From positions 1-36,715 of the IMG/VR virus record IMGVR_UViG_3300010376_000083: 36,715 nt of DNA; one strand, given 5' to 3'. The notes under the pieces were generated by a model. It did no database searches and was not told the origin of the DNA. It was given only the letters and a program-made list of their open reading frames with translations. Numbering within the stretch: position 1 is the first letter of the stretch; each line of letters opens with the position of its first letter. Shown here piece by piece: positions 26,380-34,651 of this stretch. Source of the DNA: a virus. Taxonomy: Duplodnaviria; Caudoviricetes. The translations under genes and the position numbers were made by a program.

Positions 26380-27101
26380 TACTGCACAAACCAACGCGCG
26401 GCCGTCAGGCCGATGCTTTTCACCTGGCCGTACACGCGCGCCGGCCACTTTGGGTGAAAGAAGTTATGCACGGCTTGCTCGGCTTCTTTCGCCATGCCGG
26501 CGCCGGATTTGAAAATCGAGTTGAGCTGCGTAAGAGATGCGGCGAGATCCTTGTTGCCGGCGAGATCTCCGATCGACTTCGCCGTGCCGTTAATCTGATC
26601 GATCGCGCCGTCGAGCTTGCCGATCGCCTCGTGCGTATCGTCGGCGAGCTGCTGCTCTTGGCCGTCGACCACGTCGAGACGCTTGTTCTCGTGCCGCGCT
26701 GCGATCTCGACCTGGCCGGCAGCGCCGCGGAATGTTGCCAGCGTGCGATCGATATCGGCGATCATCCCGCACGGCGCATGCTCGCTGCATGGCCGATTGA
26801 TCTCGGCGATTGCGATCGTCAATCCGTGCGACGCCTGGCGCAGATTCGCCGTCGCGCCGTTGGCATTGTCGAGCATCTGCGCAATCTTCGGCCGATTCTC
26901 ATCGGCGATCGCGCTCACCTTGTCGGCCGCGGTTTGGAGATCACCGGCCGCTCGCGTGGTTGCGTCGAGCGCCTGGCCGGTTTTCTCGAGATCCGCGACC
27001 GCGGCCGGCGTCGACGTCCACACTGCACGAGTCAGCGCCAGGCCGAGGCCGCATGCGATCACGATCAGCGCGATTTGCGCGATCGACTTTGCGCGCTGCA
27101 T
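26379..27101 (-). CDS. Membrane-anchored coiled-coil protein, i-spanin candidate
   Basis: N-terminal TM IALIVIACGLGLAL followed by long heptad-rich helices; last gene of the lysis cluster. Confidence 0.55.
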   Translation of the reverse strand: MQRAKSIAQIALIVIACGLGLALTRAVWTSTPAAVADLEKTGQALDATTRAAGDLQTAADKVSAIADENRPKIAQMLDNANGATANLRQASHGLTIAIAEINRPCSEHAPCGMIADIDRTLATFRGAAGQVEIAARHENKRLDVVDGQEQQLADDTHEAIGKLDGAIDQINGTAKSIGDLAGNKDLAASLTQLNSIFKSGAGMAKEAEQAVHNFFHPKWPARVYGQVKSIGLTAARWFVQ

Positions 27102-27103
27102 TG

Positions 27104-27508
27104 TTAGTTGCTCGCCACTGGCGGCAGCGCGATCGGCGCGATCGGTCTCGCGATCGGCAGCGTGTTATAAACGGCGATCGCAGTTTGAATCGCCGTCTCA
27201 TCGAGGCCAGCATCGGCCAGCTTGGCCGCGGCTGCAGCATCGCCGGCGTGCAGAGCTGCGAGCACACTGCCGAGTACCATCTCGCCGGCTTTTTCGGCCG
27301 TCACAAGCGCCGGCCCATAAGTCGGAATGCCTGCGCTCACCGCTTCGACGACTGGCGCCGCATTTTCGGCCGTCTGCAACGCGCTTTCGACTTTCGGCTC
27401 GTATGCCTTAATGTCGGCGACAATCTTCGCAAAGAAATGCCCGAGATTTTTCCAAACGCTTGTTTTTGCCGGCGTCGCCGGCGTCGGAGTTGTGGTTGTG
27501 GTTGCCAT
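27104..27508 (-). CDS. Hypothetical Ala-rich amphipathic protein in the lysis cluster
   Basis: ATG 27508; stop is 2 bp before the next start. Confidence 0.65.
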   Translation of the reverse strand: MATTTTTPTPATPAKTSVWKNLGHFFAKIVADIKAYEPKVESALQTAENAAPVVEAVSAGIPTYGPALVTAEKAGEMVLGSVLAALHAGDAAAAAKLADAGLDETAIQTAIAVYNTLPIARPIAPIALPPVASN

Positions 27509-27546
27509 AGTTGCGCGTTTCCAATCTGGCGCCAGGGCGCCGGCTG

Positions 27547-27801
27547 CTACTTCGTTTCGTGTTGCGCCGGCGAATCTGTCGCCGGCAGGGAAGGGTATTT
27601 TCCGCGCGCGCTCTCCATGTTGAAAAACAAGAGCAGCGCAGCGCGAAACCACGCGTAAAAATCGTCGAGCGTTTTCGGCCTTTGCTCGGGCGCCGTTCTC
27701 ACGAGCGCAGTCAAAAGCAAGCCCGCCGGCGTCGCGATAGTCGCGGCGATCGCCGAGATCACGACCCAATGCGCCGCGACAAATTGCCAGATCTGAGACA
27801 T
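27547..27801 (-). CDS. Small membrane protein, holin candidate
   Basis: Hydrophobic segments WVVISAIAATIATPAGLLLTALV and FYAWFRAALLLFF; GGGGG upstream of ATG 27801. Confidence 0.55.
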   Translation of the reverse strand: MSQIWQFVAAHWVVISAIAATIATPAGLLLTALVRTAPEQRPKTLDDFYAWFRAALLLFFNMESARGKYPSLPATDSPAQHETK

Positions 27802-27817
27802 ATCGGCGATACCCCCA

Positions 27818-28095
27818 AAACGCCGACGAGCCCGAGGCCTTTTAACCCCGAGCTCGCCGGCTCTCTTCGTCGGCCTTTGAGAATTGCGAGATTCGCTGCG
27901 TGACGGCTTGTGCTTGGATATTGCGACCGATTCCCCGTCATCCCTCGGCCCGCCTAACCTCAGCAACGTTTCTCTCTCGCCGGCCTTTCGCTTTTGCTCA
28001 GTGGTATCTCGTTTCTGGCCGGCCGGATCTGCGCCCATGCAAAACGCAGCTCGACGGCCGGCCTTGTCTCGATCGCTTCCCCGGTCGATCAAGAC
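27818..28095 (-). ncRNA. Candidate structured non-coding RNA of unknown class
   Basis: Several nested helices found by hand, with G-U pairs only on the minus strand; ends in an 18-bp hairpin followed by GTTTT. Confidence 0.5.
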
Positions 28096-28111
28096 CTCTT
28101 AAAAACCGCCC

Positions 28112-28285
28112 CTACAGTTCCTTGAGAGCGTTATTCAAAAGCTCTACTACTTTCGCGAATCCGGGCGTTGCCATATTTGCTTGTTGCACTTGTGACAGCT
28201 TGCCCGCAACTTCCACGCTAAATAGTTGCGTTCCAGAAGCGTCGCTGACCTGTACTGTTACCGAAATAAGTTCATCTCGTTCCAT
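28112..28285 (-). CDS. Small hypothetical protein (57 aa), absent from the ORF track
   Basis: AAGGGAG RBS; MERDELISVTVQVSDASGTQLFSVEVAGKLSQVQQANMATPGFAKVVELLNNALKEL; lower GC than its neighbours. Confidence 0.7.
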   Translation of the reverse strand: MERDELISVTVQVSDASGTQLFSVEVAGKLSQVQQANMATPGFAKVVELLNNALKEL

Positions 28286-28297
28286 TTAGGTCTCCCT

Positions 28298-28642
28298 TCA
28301 GCCGATGTTGTCGGCCGTCAAAACCGTGTCTGGCGTCAGGCCCGACAATTGGCAGACGACCTTGATGTAATTCGCCGTGCAGTTCTCGCAGGCCGGCGCA
28401 TATTTTGCGATCGCCGCGGCGACTGTCATTCCGACGTAATGCTCGAGCAAGAGAGCGCGCAGCGCGGCAAATCCCTCGTCGTCTGTCGCAAACTGCGCGA
28501 AACGACCATCGGCGCCGATCGCGCCGTGCGCCGAGGTAAACTTGCCCGCGCAAATATCACCGGGATTGTGATCGCGCGTCGGAATATCCCCGGCCTTGCC
28601 GAATCCTTCCATCCTGGCGAGCGACTGGATGTATGTAAGCAT
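28298..28642 (-). CDS. Lysozyme-fold cell-wall hydrolase, endolysin candidate
   Basis: MEG, HNPGDI, GRFAQF, IAKYAPACENCTANY resemble the NNPGNI...YAP..EN.T..Y phage muramidase-like family; GGAGG RBS. Confidence 0.7.
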   Translation of the reverse strand: MLTYIQSLARMEGFGKAGDIPTRDHNPGDICAGKFTSAHGAIGADGRFAQFATDDEGFAALRALLLEHYVGMTVAAAIAKYAPACENCTANYIKVVCQLSGLTPDTVLTADNIG

Positions 28643-28646
28643 TGCG

Positions 28647-28895
28647 CTAACCTCCGTTTTGGCCCCATTTTTCCGGCCCAAACAAAACCGCGCACTTGCC
28701 CGCGATCGATGCGAGGTGCGATTGATGCTTGGTTAGGAGTTTGTCGTGCTCGTCGACCTTCTGCGCGAGACGCAGATGCGCCTCGCCGAGCTCCTCGATC
28801 TTCTCGTCGCGACGGCCCGCGTTACGGCCGCCGAGATATAACTGCCCCAAAATGCCGATCGCCGCGATGCCGGCCGTGAACCATTCCGCACCCAT
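28647..28895 (-). CDS. Single-TM coiled-coil protein, holin/antiholin candidate
   Basis: N-terminal TM WFTAGIAAIGILGQLYLG then coiled coil; directly upstream of the endolysin candidate. Confidence 0.55.
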   Translation of the reverse strand: MGAEWFTAGIAAIGILGQLYLGGRNAGRRDEKIEELGEAHLRLAQKVDEHDKLLTKHQSHLASIAGKCAVLFGPEKWGQNGG

Positions 28896-28954
28896 ACGAA
28901 ACGCGCCCCCGTGTGTTTGTGGATTGTCGCCGGCAAACTCTCGGCCCGAATTGT

Positions 28955-29146
28955 TTAGCCTTTCGGCTTCTCGAATCTGCGCTCACCCGAGCGCCACTGC
29001 GCGAGCTCGCGGCACAGAGAGTAAATGCCCTGCGCGCTCGGAATCTCGAGCCCGACGCGAATCTGCTCGAGCTCGAGATCAGTAAGATCAGGCGCGTTTT
29101 TGTCTACGCCCTCGATCGGAACGTCGACCACGTTTGGAGATTCCAT
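28955..29146 (-). CDS. Hypothetical protein (63 aa)
   Basis: GAGGAG RBS, co-oriented, follows the upstream stop closely. Confidence 0.65.
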   Translation of the reverse strand: MESPNVVDVPIEGVDKNAPDLTDLELEQIRVGLEIPSAQGIYSLCRELAQWRSGERRFEKPKG

Positions 29147-29158
29147 ATCCCGACTCCT

Positions 29159-29581
29159 CTACTTCGGCCAGGCGCGCAAAATATCGCCCTTCGCGGCGCC
29201 GACTTTCTTGTAAACGCGAAACGTCGCGATCCTGCGCTCGATCCGATCCTCGGGCGGCCGGCCGTTCTTGATGCGAGCGGCGCGATCGTCTTCGCGCAGG
29301 CCGATCGTATGCGAGCGACCACGGCAGCCGGCCACGGTTTCGATATCCGACTTCGTGAGCGCGGCCGTCGTGTGCATCGATCGCAGATCCATGTCGACGC
29401 GACGCAGCTCGATGCCGACGATCCGATAACCGAGCAGGCGCCCGGTAATCTGGCAAAAATCCGGCCGCCAGGCGCCGGCGCGCTCGTGCAGCGCGGCGCG
29501 CTCGAGCGTCGTAAAGTGCAGCACGCGAGAGCCGTTTTCTGCGAAGACTTTTACTTGCTCGCCTTTAGGTCGTTTCGCCAT
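29159..29581 (-). CDS. Hypothetical basic protein (140 aa)
   Basis: AAGGGG RBS before ATG 29581. Confidence 0.65.
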   Translation of the reverse strand: MAKRPKGEQVKVFAENGSRVLHFTTLERAALHERAGAWRPDFCQITGRLLGYRIVGIELRRVDMDLRSMHTTAALTKSDIETVAGCRGRSHTIGLREDDRAARIKNGRPPEDRIERRIATFRVYKKVGAAKGDILRAWPK

Positions 29582-29600
29582 TCTTGCCCCTTTACGCGCG

Positions 29601-29636
29601 AATGCCCAAAGACACGACCGCGTATCTTTGGGCATT
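29601..29636 (-). promoter_or_regulatory. 16-bp hairpin at the early/late boundary
   Basis: Minus strand AATGCCCAAAGATACG-CGGT-CGTGTCTTTGGGCATT with one G-U pair; no U-tract. Confidence 0.55.
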
Positions 29637-29673
29637 GCGGCGACCTCGGTTCACCTGTCCGGCGCAGCAAAAT

Positions 29674-29997
29674 TTAACCGCGCGAAATTGTCTCTGTTAC
29701 CGAAACAGACTGTATAACTATTTTTCTTTTCCGTGCCGACAAACTAGGTACTGTGACTCCTGGCAGCAGGGAAACGATCGGAACGCCGAGCACGCGCGCC
29801 AATTCGTGCAGGCGATAGATCGGAATCCTCTGCTCGCCGGATTCCCAAAAATAGATCATTCCCTTACTCACGCCGAGCCGGCGCGCGAGCTCGGCCTGTT
29901 CGATGCGATGTATCCTGCGCACGTTGGCGATCAACGCGCCGACCTGTTGATTGAATTGATTCTCCTCGAGCGTTTTTGGCTTTCTTTGGCCTGGCAT
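29674..29997 (-). CDS. XRE-family helix-turn-helix transcriptional regulator
   Basis: IANVRRIHRIEQAELARRLGVSKGMIYFWESGEQRIP...LARVLGV; TAATG coupling at 29997. Confidence 0.9.
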   Translation of the reverse strand: MPGQRKPKTLEENQFNQQVGALIANVRRIHRIEQAELARRLGVSKGMIYFWESGEQRIPIYRLHELARVLGVPIVSLLPGVTVPSLSARKRKIVIQSVSVTETISRG

Positions 29998-30278
29998 TAG
30001 GCGAGCCCCGCATATCTGCGCATCGCACCGCGCAAATCTTCCGTGATGTGCGGCAGCTTCTCGCCCCCCGGCAGACTGCGCTCGTCGATCCCGCGCTGAT
30101 CGACGTACGGCTGCCCCTGGCGCCAATACACCGTTTCCGAATATCGCGCCGGCGCCGCCAGGCCCTCGTCGTGCTCCAGCTGCAGGATCGCCGCGGCCTG
30201 GCCGTCGTCGTCGAGGATCTCGGCCGGCTCGATCGCGCCGCGTTTCAAACTTGCAATTACCACGAATCGGATCATCAT
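29997..30278 (-). CDS. Hypothetical protein (93 aa)
   Basis: ATGA overlap with the replication gene and TAATG overlap with the XRE gene. Confidence 0.65.
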   Translation of the reverse strand: MMIRFVVIASLKRGAIEPAEILDDDGQAAAILQLEHDEGLAAPARYSETVYWRQGQPYVDQRGIDERSLPGGEKLPHITEDLRGAMRRYAGLA

Positions 30279-31069
30279 CGCCCCCAGGGGTTTTCCTGCT
30301 TAAATTTCTCCGGCATTGATTCCCACATCCGGTAAGCCTCGTCATCGTCGGCCGTCACGATCGCGCGCGGCTGCGATAATGCCGGCCGATCCCGCGACGC
30401 CGCGGCAAACTTGCGATCTTTGAACCAAAACACGTTGACCGTGTCGCCGCGCGCGATCGCGGCCTTGGCGGCCGAGAGCAGCATGCGCGTCGCGTCTTCG
30501 ACTTCGCAGGGCGCATCGCGCGCCGTGTAGGCGATCACCTGGCCGAGCACGCGTACGTCGTACGGCTGCGCAGCCAGGCCGAGCTCGTCGAGCAGCCAGG
30601 TCGCCGCGCCAAACTCGCCGGCCGTTTTCGGCAGCTCGCGCGCGGGCGTGTCCCGCTTCTCTGACGTTTCTTTTACGGATCTACCTATAAGGGGTTTTAG
30701 GGGTTTGTCGTCGTTGTCACCCTTTCCGGTCAGGGTGTCACCCTTTTCTGTCGTCTTTGTCACCCTTTTGCGGCCTGAAAGGGTGACATCCTGACACCCT
30801 TTTAGCTTGTCGACATTTATCAAAAACTCGATAAAATCGCCGCGCCCGTCACCGCGAAACACCTCGATAAAACCGAGCTGCTCGAGCTCCGCGATCGTGC
30901 GCGTCACCGTGCGCTCACTGCAGCGCACAAATCGCGCGATCCGCGGAATCCCCGGAAAACAATTGCCCCCGTCGTCGTCGCCACAATTTGCCAGGTACAC
31001 CAAAACGTTGACCTGAGTGCGATCGCGCAGAGTTGAGCCCCAAACCAAGGACATAACCGAAATAGACAT
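30275..31069 (-). CDS. Replication initiator, HTH_36/O-like
   Basis: MSISVMSLVW...VLVYLAN..DDDG..CFPGIPRIA...SERTVTRTIAELEQLGFI; internal iterons. Confidence 0.85.
   Translation of the reverse strand: MSISVMSLVWGSTLRDRTQVNVLVYLANCGDDDGGNCFPGIPRIARFVRCSERTVTRTIAELEQLGFIEVFRGDGRGDFIEFLINVDKLKGCQDVTLSGRKRVTKTTEKGDTLTGKGDNDDKPLKPLIGRSVKETSEKRDTPARELPKTAGEFGAATWLLDELGLAAQPYDVRVLGQVIAYTARDAPCEVEDATRMLLSAAKAAIARGDTVNVFWFKDRKFAAASRDRPALSQPRAIVTADDDEAYRMWESMPEKFKQENPWGR
30715..30802. repeat. Iterons, probable replication origin
   Basis: TGTCACCCTTT at 30715, 30736 and 30758; inverted copy 30778-30788; variant TGACACCCTTT at 30792. Confidence 0.85.
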
Positions 31070-31107
31070 ATTTTTTTGCTTTCCCCTGAGTTACGAAAGA
31101 AACGAAA

Positions 31108-31353
31108 TTAGCGAAATAAGGCCACGCCGATCGCGGCGAGCGTCTCGTTTACCGCATACAGTCGGCGAATGCGCTCGCGTTGCTGGCGAAAGTGCTCGTC
31201 GGGATTGTCGCGGCGCAGATCCTCGGCCGCCTGGCGCCGGCGCGCGAGCTCGTCGTATCGCTCGCGCTCGGCCTGTCGCTTGCGATCGAGCTCACATGTA
31301 CCCGTGGCGCGTCGCTCGGCCTGGCGCCGGCGTTTAGCCTGCTTTTGACTCAT
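31108..31353 (-). CDS. Hypothetical basic coiled-coil protein
   Basis: ATGA overlap with the upstream gene. Confidence 0.6.
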   Translation of the reverse strand: MSQKQAKRRRQAERRATGTCELDRKRQAERERYDELARRRQAAEDLRRDNPDEHFRQQRERIRRLYAVNETLAAIGVALFR

Positions 31354-31742
31354 GAGCGCACCCCGCGATCGCGATCAGCCCAAAACACATGCGGCCCCGT
31401 GCGCAGCCTCCCCAGGCGCGAGAGCAGCTCGCAGGCCGGCTCGACCCAATCGTGCAGCGCCTCAAACCCCCGGCAGTCGAGCTCGGCGATCTCGAGGATC
31501 GCGATCGCCTCGGCCGCGGGATGCGGCGTCGCCTCGATAGTGATCGGCAAAACCTCGTGCCCCTGGCCCTCGTGCGCATGAAACAAGAGGCAGAGCTCGC
31601 TCGCTTGCAGATCAAACGCGGCGCCGGTAAATTGCGCGCCCTCGGGCAGCCCGTGTGTTACGCGCATAAACTGGCGCACCTCATAACCAACCGTGAGCAT
31701 TTGCGCGAGCTGCGCAATCGAGATCCTCACCTCGTAGGTCAT
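31350..31742 (-). CDS. Hypothetical protein (130 aa)
   Basis: GGAGG RBS; ATGA overlap at 31739-31742. Confidence 0.7.
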   Translation of the reverse strand: MTYEVRISIAQLAQMLTVGYEVRQFMRVTHGLPEGAQFTGAAFDLQASELCLLFHAHEGQGHEVLPITIEATPHPAAEAIAILEIAELDCRGFEALHDWVEPACELLSRLGRLRTGPHVFWADRDRGVRS

Positions 31743-32032
31743 CGCGTCACCTCCGGCGTGCAGATCGGGCAGCGCCGGCCGGCGCCGTGCTTTTTCATCT
31801 GTCGCTCGTCGATCCTTGTTTTGCCTGTCCACACGCGCACCACATCGAAACCGATGCCGGCCGCGATGACGGCCTGCATGAGTCGCGACGAATGCTCGCA
31901 TCCGCGTTGGTGCTCTCGCACGCGCGCGACGACGTCTTTCGCCCATCCCGTGTAGTGCCGCGCATGCTTGAGCGGCCGATGAAAATGGAGCAGATAGATC
32001 GAGCCCTTTACGTTACGTTTGCGTCGTGCCAC
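31739..32032 (-). CDS. GIY-YIG-like endonuclease
   Basis: SIYLLHF...HYTGWA...RVREH...G...E pattern. Confidence 0.75.
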   Translation of the reverse strand: MARRKRNVKGSIYLLHFHRPLKHARHYTGWAKDVVARVREHQRGCEHSSRLMQAVIAAGIGFDVVRVWTGKTRIDERQMKKHGAGRRCPICTPEVTR

Positions 32033-32383
32033 TTAATCCCCCTCGCAGGCCTTTAAACCCCAACCGCCGCGCTCGGCCTCGCGCTGCAGTCCGAGCAGAT
32101 CGAGCACATTCTCGGGCACAAATAGCCGCGCGCAGTTTTCGCGCGCAAACGCCCGCAGCGCGTTACGCTTCGCCGGCGTCGTCGGCCACTGGCCGCGCAG
32201 GATCTCGAGCGCGCGATCGTCGCTGAATATCTCGAGGCGACGCAGCAGCAGCTCCCATTTCGTCGGCCCGTAGACGATCGGCGCGAAATCGCCCGTCGCT
32301 CGTCGCAGAGATTCACGCTGCCATCCGACGAGTTTTCTCCTGCGCCGGTTTTCCTGCGCCGGCCCCTTCGGTCGCTTGCTCAT
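32033..32383 (-). CDS. Hypothetical protein (116 aa)
   Basis: GGAGG RBS; TGATG overlap at 32383. Confidence 0.7.
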   Translation of the reverse strand: MSKRPKGPAQENRRRRKLVGWQRESLRRATGDFAPIVYGPTKWELLLRRLEIFSDDRALEILRGQWPTTPAKRNALRAFARENCARLFVPENVLDLLGLQREAERGGWGLKACEGD

Positions 32384-32943
32384 CAAAAACCACCTCCAAA
32401 GAGATCGAGCTGCATGGGTGCGCCAGGCGAGGCGATCGCGGCCGGCGCCTCTAGCTCGGCGCCGAGCTCCACCTCGAAAAACCTCTGCATGCCAAGCCAC
32501 GGCACCGGCTTGTCGAGTAGGCGCATATTTTCGAGCCGAAACGCATATCGGCCGGCGCCGGTTTCGCCGTCCGAGAAATCCCCCCAAAACTCGAATCGAG
32601 GATCGAGCCGGCCACGCAGATCGCGCGTCGGCACGCAGTCGACGAGATCCACGATGCACACCACGGCGCCAAAGACGAGCACGCGATCGCGCAGATACTT
32701 TTGCGCGCGTTTCTTGTGATCGGCGTCGATCTCCGGAAACTGCGCGGCGAGCAGCTCGCCGCAACGCGCGAGCAAACGCGAGGCCGCCTCGCCGTGCCAG
32801 GCGTCGAGATCATCCCAGGCGCGCTTTGCCGCATGAATCGCGAGCGGCCCGCGATAGTGCGTCGGCCAATCGCGCGTTTCCCACGTCTTGAGCTCGAGCG
32901 CGATCGCCGCGGCATGCGGCTGCCAAAGTGAGAGAGCTTTCAT
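32383..32943 (-). CDS. ASCH-domain protein
   Basis: MKALSLWQPHA...KTWETRDWPTHYRGPLAIHAA, GAVVCIVDLVDC and GRYAF motifs. Confidence 0.9.
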   Translation of the reverse strand: MKALSLWQPHAAAIALELKTWETRDWPTHYRGPLAIHAAKRAWDDLDAWHGEAASRLLARCGELLAAQFPEIDADHKKRAQKYLRDRVLVFGAVVCIVDLVDCVPTRDLRGRLDPRFEFWGDFSDGETGAGRYAFRLENMRLLDKPVPWLGMQRFFEVELGAELEAPAAIASPGAPMQLDLFGGGF

Positions 32944-33170
32944 ACGCGCACCTGGCCGACGATCTCTTTAAATCCGACGACCGCATGCGCCTCGATCACT
33001 ACCAGTCGATCGGCCTCGATCCACCACGAGCCGCGCACGTTGCCTTGGTCGTCGAGCTGCCGAGGATGCACTCGGTACTGCGTCGCCTCATAGAGCGCCT
33101 CGATCCTCGCCAACGCAATGCCCTCGAAACCCGTAATCTCGTCTCGCACTAAATCTCCGAGCTGTATCAA
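32940..33170 (-). CDS. Hypothetical SH3-like phage protein
   Basis: LGDLVRDEITGFEGI...W..ADRL pattern; 4-bp overlaps on both sides. Confidence 0.7.
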   Translation of the reverse strand: MIQLGDLVRDEITGFEGIALARIEALYEATQYRVHPRQLDDQGNVRGSWWIEADRLVVIEAHAVVGFKEIVGQVRV

Positions 33171-33412
33171 ACCGGCAGCCCTCCCTCTTTGCGCGCCAGG
33201 CGCATCGCCTCAAACTGTGAGATCAGGCGCAGCTCGATATCGTCTTCGTGGCCGTCGGCGACGATCGCGTCGCCGCTCATGTTGAGCTCGACGAGATCCT
33301 GCAAGGTAATCCGGATATTTCGCTTGCCCATCTTGCGGATGAGCACCGCGCATAACACGTGCCATTTGTCATGCAGCGCGCGCGTCGTCGGATGATTCGG
33401 GTTAATTTCCAA
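33167..33412 (-). CDS. Hypothetical protein (81 aa)
   Basis: Overlaps both neighbours in the coupled gene chain; TTG start. Confidence 0.7.
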   Translation of the reverse strand: MEINPNHPTTRALHDKWHVLCAVLIRKMGKRNIRITLQDLVELNMSGDAIVADGHEDDIELRLISQFEAMRLARKEGGLPV

Positions 33413-33596
33413 AGAGCACCCCCTGCTCGATTGGCGCCGGCTCGGCGTCTCTATCGCTCTTTTCCTGCTCGCGCCGTTTCAGGCATTCCGTGCAGGCTGC
33501 CAGGCGCCCGCCTTGAACGTTGTGCACCGTCTCGCGCCGGCAGACCTTACACCACTCCGCGGCCGAGATCGTCTGCTTTGTGTAGTGCTGCGCCAA
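33402..33596 (-). CDS. Small zinc-ribbon protein
   Basis: CKVC...H...CTEC; AAGGA RBS; TTG start. Confidence 0.65.
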   Translation of the reverse strand: MAQHYTKQTISAAEWCKVCRRETVHNVQGGRLAACTECLKRREQEKSDRDAEPAPIEQGVLFGN

Positions 33597-33608
33597 TCCT
33601 TTGCCCCC

Positions 33609-33884
33609 TTACTCCGGCCGCGGCCCGAGCTCGAGCCGTGCCCCCTTTTTCTTTTCTGCGCGCGCCTGCTGCACATTGGCGGCGAGCTGCGGCATGTAGT
33701 GCGCGACGAGATCCTCGGCGTCGCGCGGCGCGATCGCAGGATCGAGCGCGAGCGAGGCATCGTCGACGCGAATCACGATCACGGCTAGGGCGCCCGCACT
33801 CGAGCGCAGCCATTCACCCATTGCGACGTGCGTGCCCGTGCGTGTGGGATCGCGCGATGAGTAAAAACCTGGATTGGACCACAT
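33609..33884 (-). CDS. Hypothetical protein (start uncertain, possibly 33821)
   Basis: Fills the gap in the co-oriented gene chain; plausible composition. Confidence 0.5.
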   Translation of the reverse strand: MWSNPGFYSSRDPTRTGTHVAMGEWLRSSAGALAVIVIRVDDASLALDPAIAPRDAEDLVAHYMPQLAANVQQARAEKKKGARLELGPRPE

Positions 33885-34240
33885 CCGCGCGCCCGTGCCA
33901 GGCGATCGATCTCGGCCGCGATCAGCGCGCCGGCTTTCTCGAGGTTGCGAATCGGATCGGCATCCGGCTTAAACTCGGCAGAGTGCCACGGCCAGGCCGC
34001 GCGCGCCCTATTCGCTTGAGATACGACCGCGATGCATGATCCGAGCTCGAGCATGCGAGCGGCCTCGACGTAGCAGCTCGCCGCGCGCAGCAGTTCGGCG
34101 CCGCGATACTCGTCGTCGTGCGCTGCCGTATATCCTTCGCCGTCGAGTGCATCGATCTGCCGCTCGCGCTCCTGCGCAATGAGCTGCAGCCCCACAAAGC
34201 CCGGTTGAATCTTGACCACTAATTCAGGCATTTTTGCCAT
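33785..34240 (-). CDS. Conserved phage protein (ERxRQ...HDD...WPW...KAGALIAAEIDRL family)
   Basis: Recognisable widespread phage early-region motif set of unknown function. Confidence 0.75.
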   Translation of the reverse strand: MAKMPELVVKIQPGFVGLQLIAQERERQIDALDGEGYTAAHDDEYRGAELLRAASCYVEAARMLELGSCIAVVSQANRARAAWPWHSAEFKPDADPIRNLEKAGALIAAEIDRLARARGCGPIQVFTHRAIPHARARTSQWVNGCARVRAP

Positions 34241-34445
34241 CTGACACCCCCCACTCTCCAAAGGCCTCGATCGCCGCATACTGCTCGGCCTCGGCTTGCT
34301 TCAGATCAAATCGCGCCATCGCCTGCGCGACCACGCCGACATATACCCGATACCGCTCGAGATCCTGGCCGGCGAGCTCCTGGCCGCTTGCCGCGCGCCA
34401 CTCGACGGCCCGCGCCGCGGCGAGCGCCTTCACCGGATCGATCAT
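34224..34445 (-). CDS. Hypothetical protein (73 aa)
   Basis: ATGA overlap at 34442-34445. Confidence 0.6.
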   Translation of the reverse strand: MIDPVKALAAARAVEWRAASGQELAGQDLERYRVYVGVVAQAMARFDLKQAEAEQYAAIEAFGEWGVSDGKNA

Positions 34446-34651
34446 GCCTGCGCCTTTCGCTCGCGCTCGATCTCGGTATCGGCATCCAAAATCCAAAGCA
34501 TCGCCCGCACCCTCGCAACTTCGCCGTTGCCGCCCGAGACCTCGAGCGCGGCGATCGCGAGAGCCTTGCGCAGCATCGCGCGATTACGCAAGAGCGCCGC
34601 GATCTGCACGTCGCTTGTGTCGAACATTTGTCCGCCGAGGAGATCCGTCAC
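34442..34651 (-). CDS. Hypothetical protein
   Basis: GTGA overlap at 34648-34651. Confidence 0.6.
   Translation of the reverse strand: MTDLLGGQMFDTSDVQIAALLRNRAMLRKALAIAALEVSGGNGEVARVRAMLWILDADTEIERERKAQA

Noticed and set aside
27900-28005. Cobalamin riboswitch, hammerhead or group II intron domain V within the candidate RNA
   Set aside because: Only fragments resemble them (GGGAATCGGT; CTGAG...GAAA; nearby GAGAGCCG); the B12 box, CUGANGA core and domain V geometry are missing
27802-28092. N-terminal 97 aa of ORF 27547..28092
   Set aside because: TTG start with a poorly spaced RBS and low-complexity charged sequence; ATG 27801 gives a typical small membrane protein, though translation is not formally excluded
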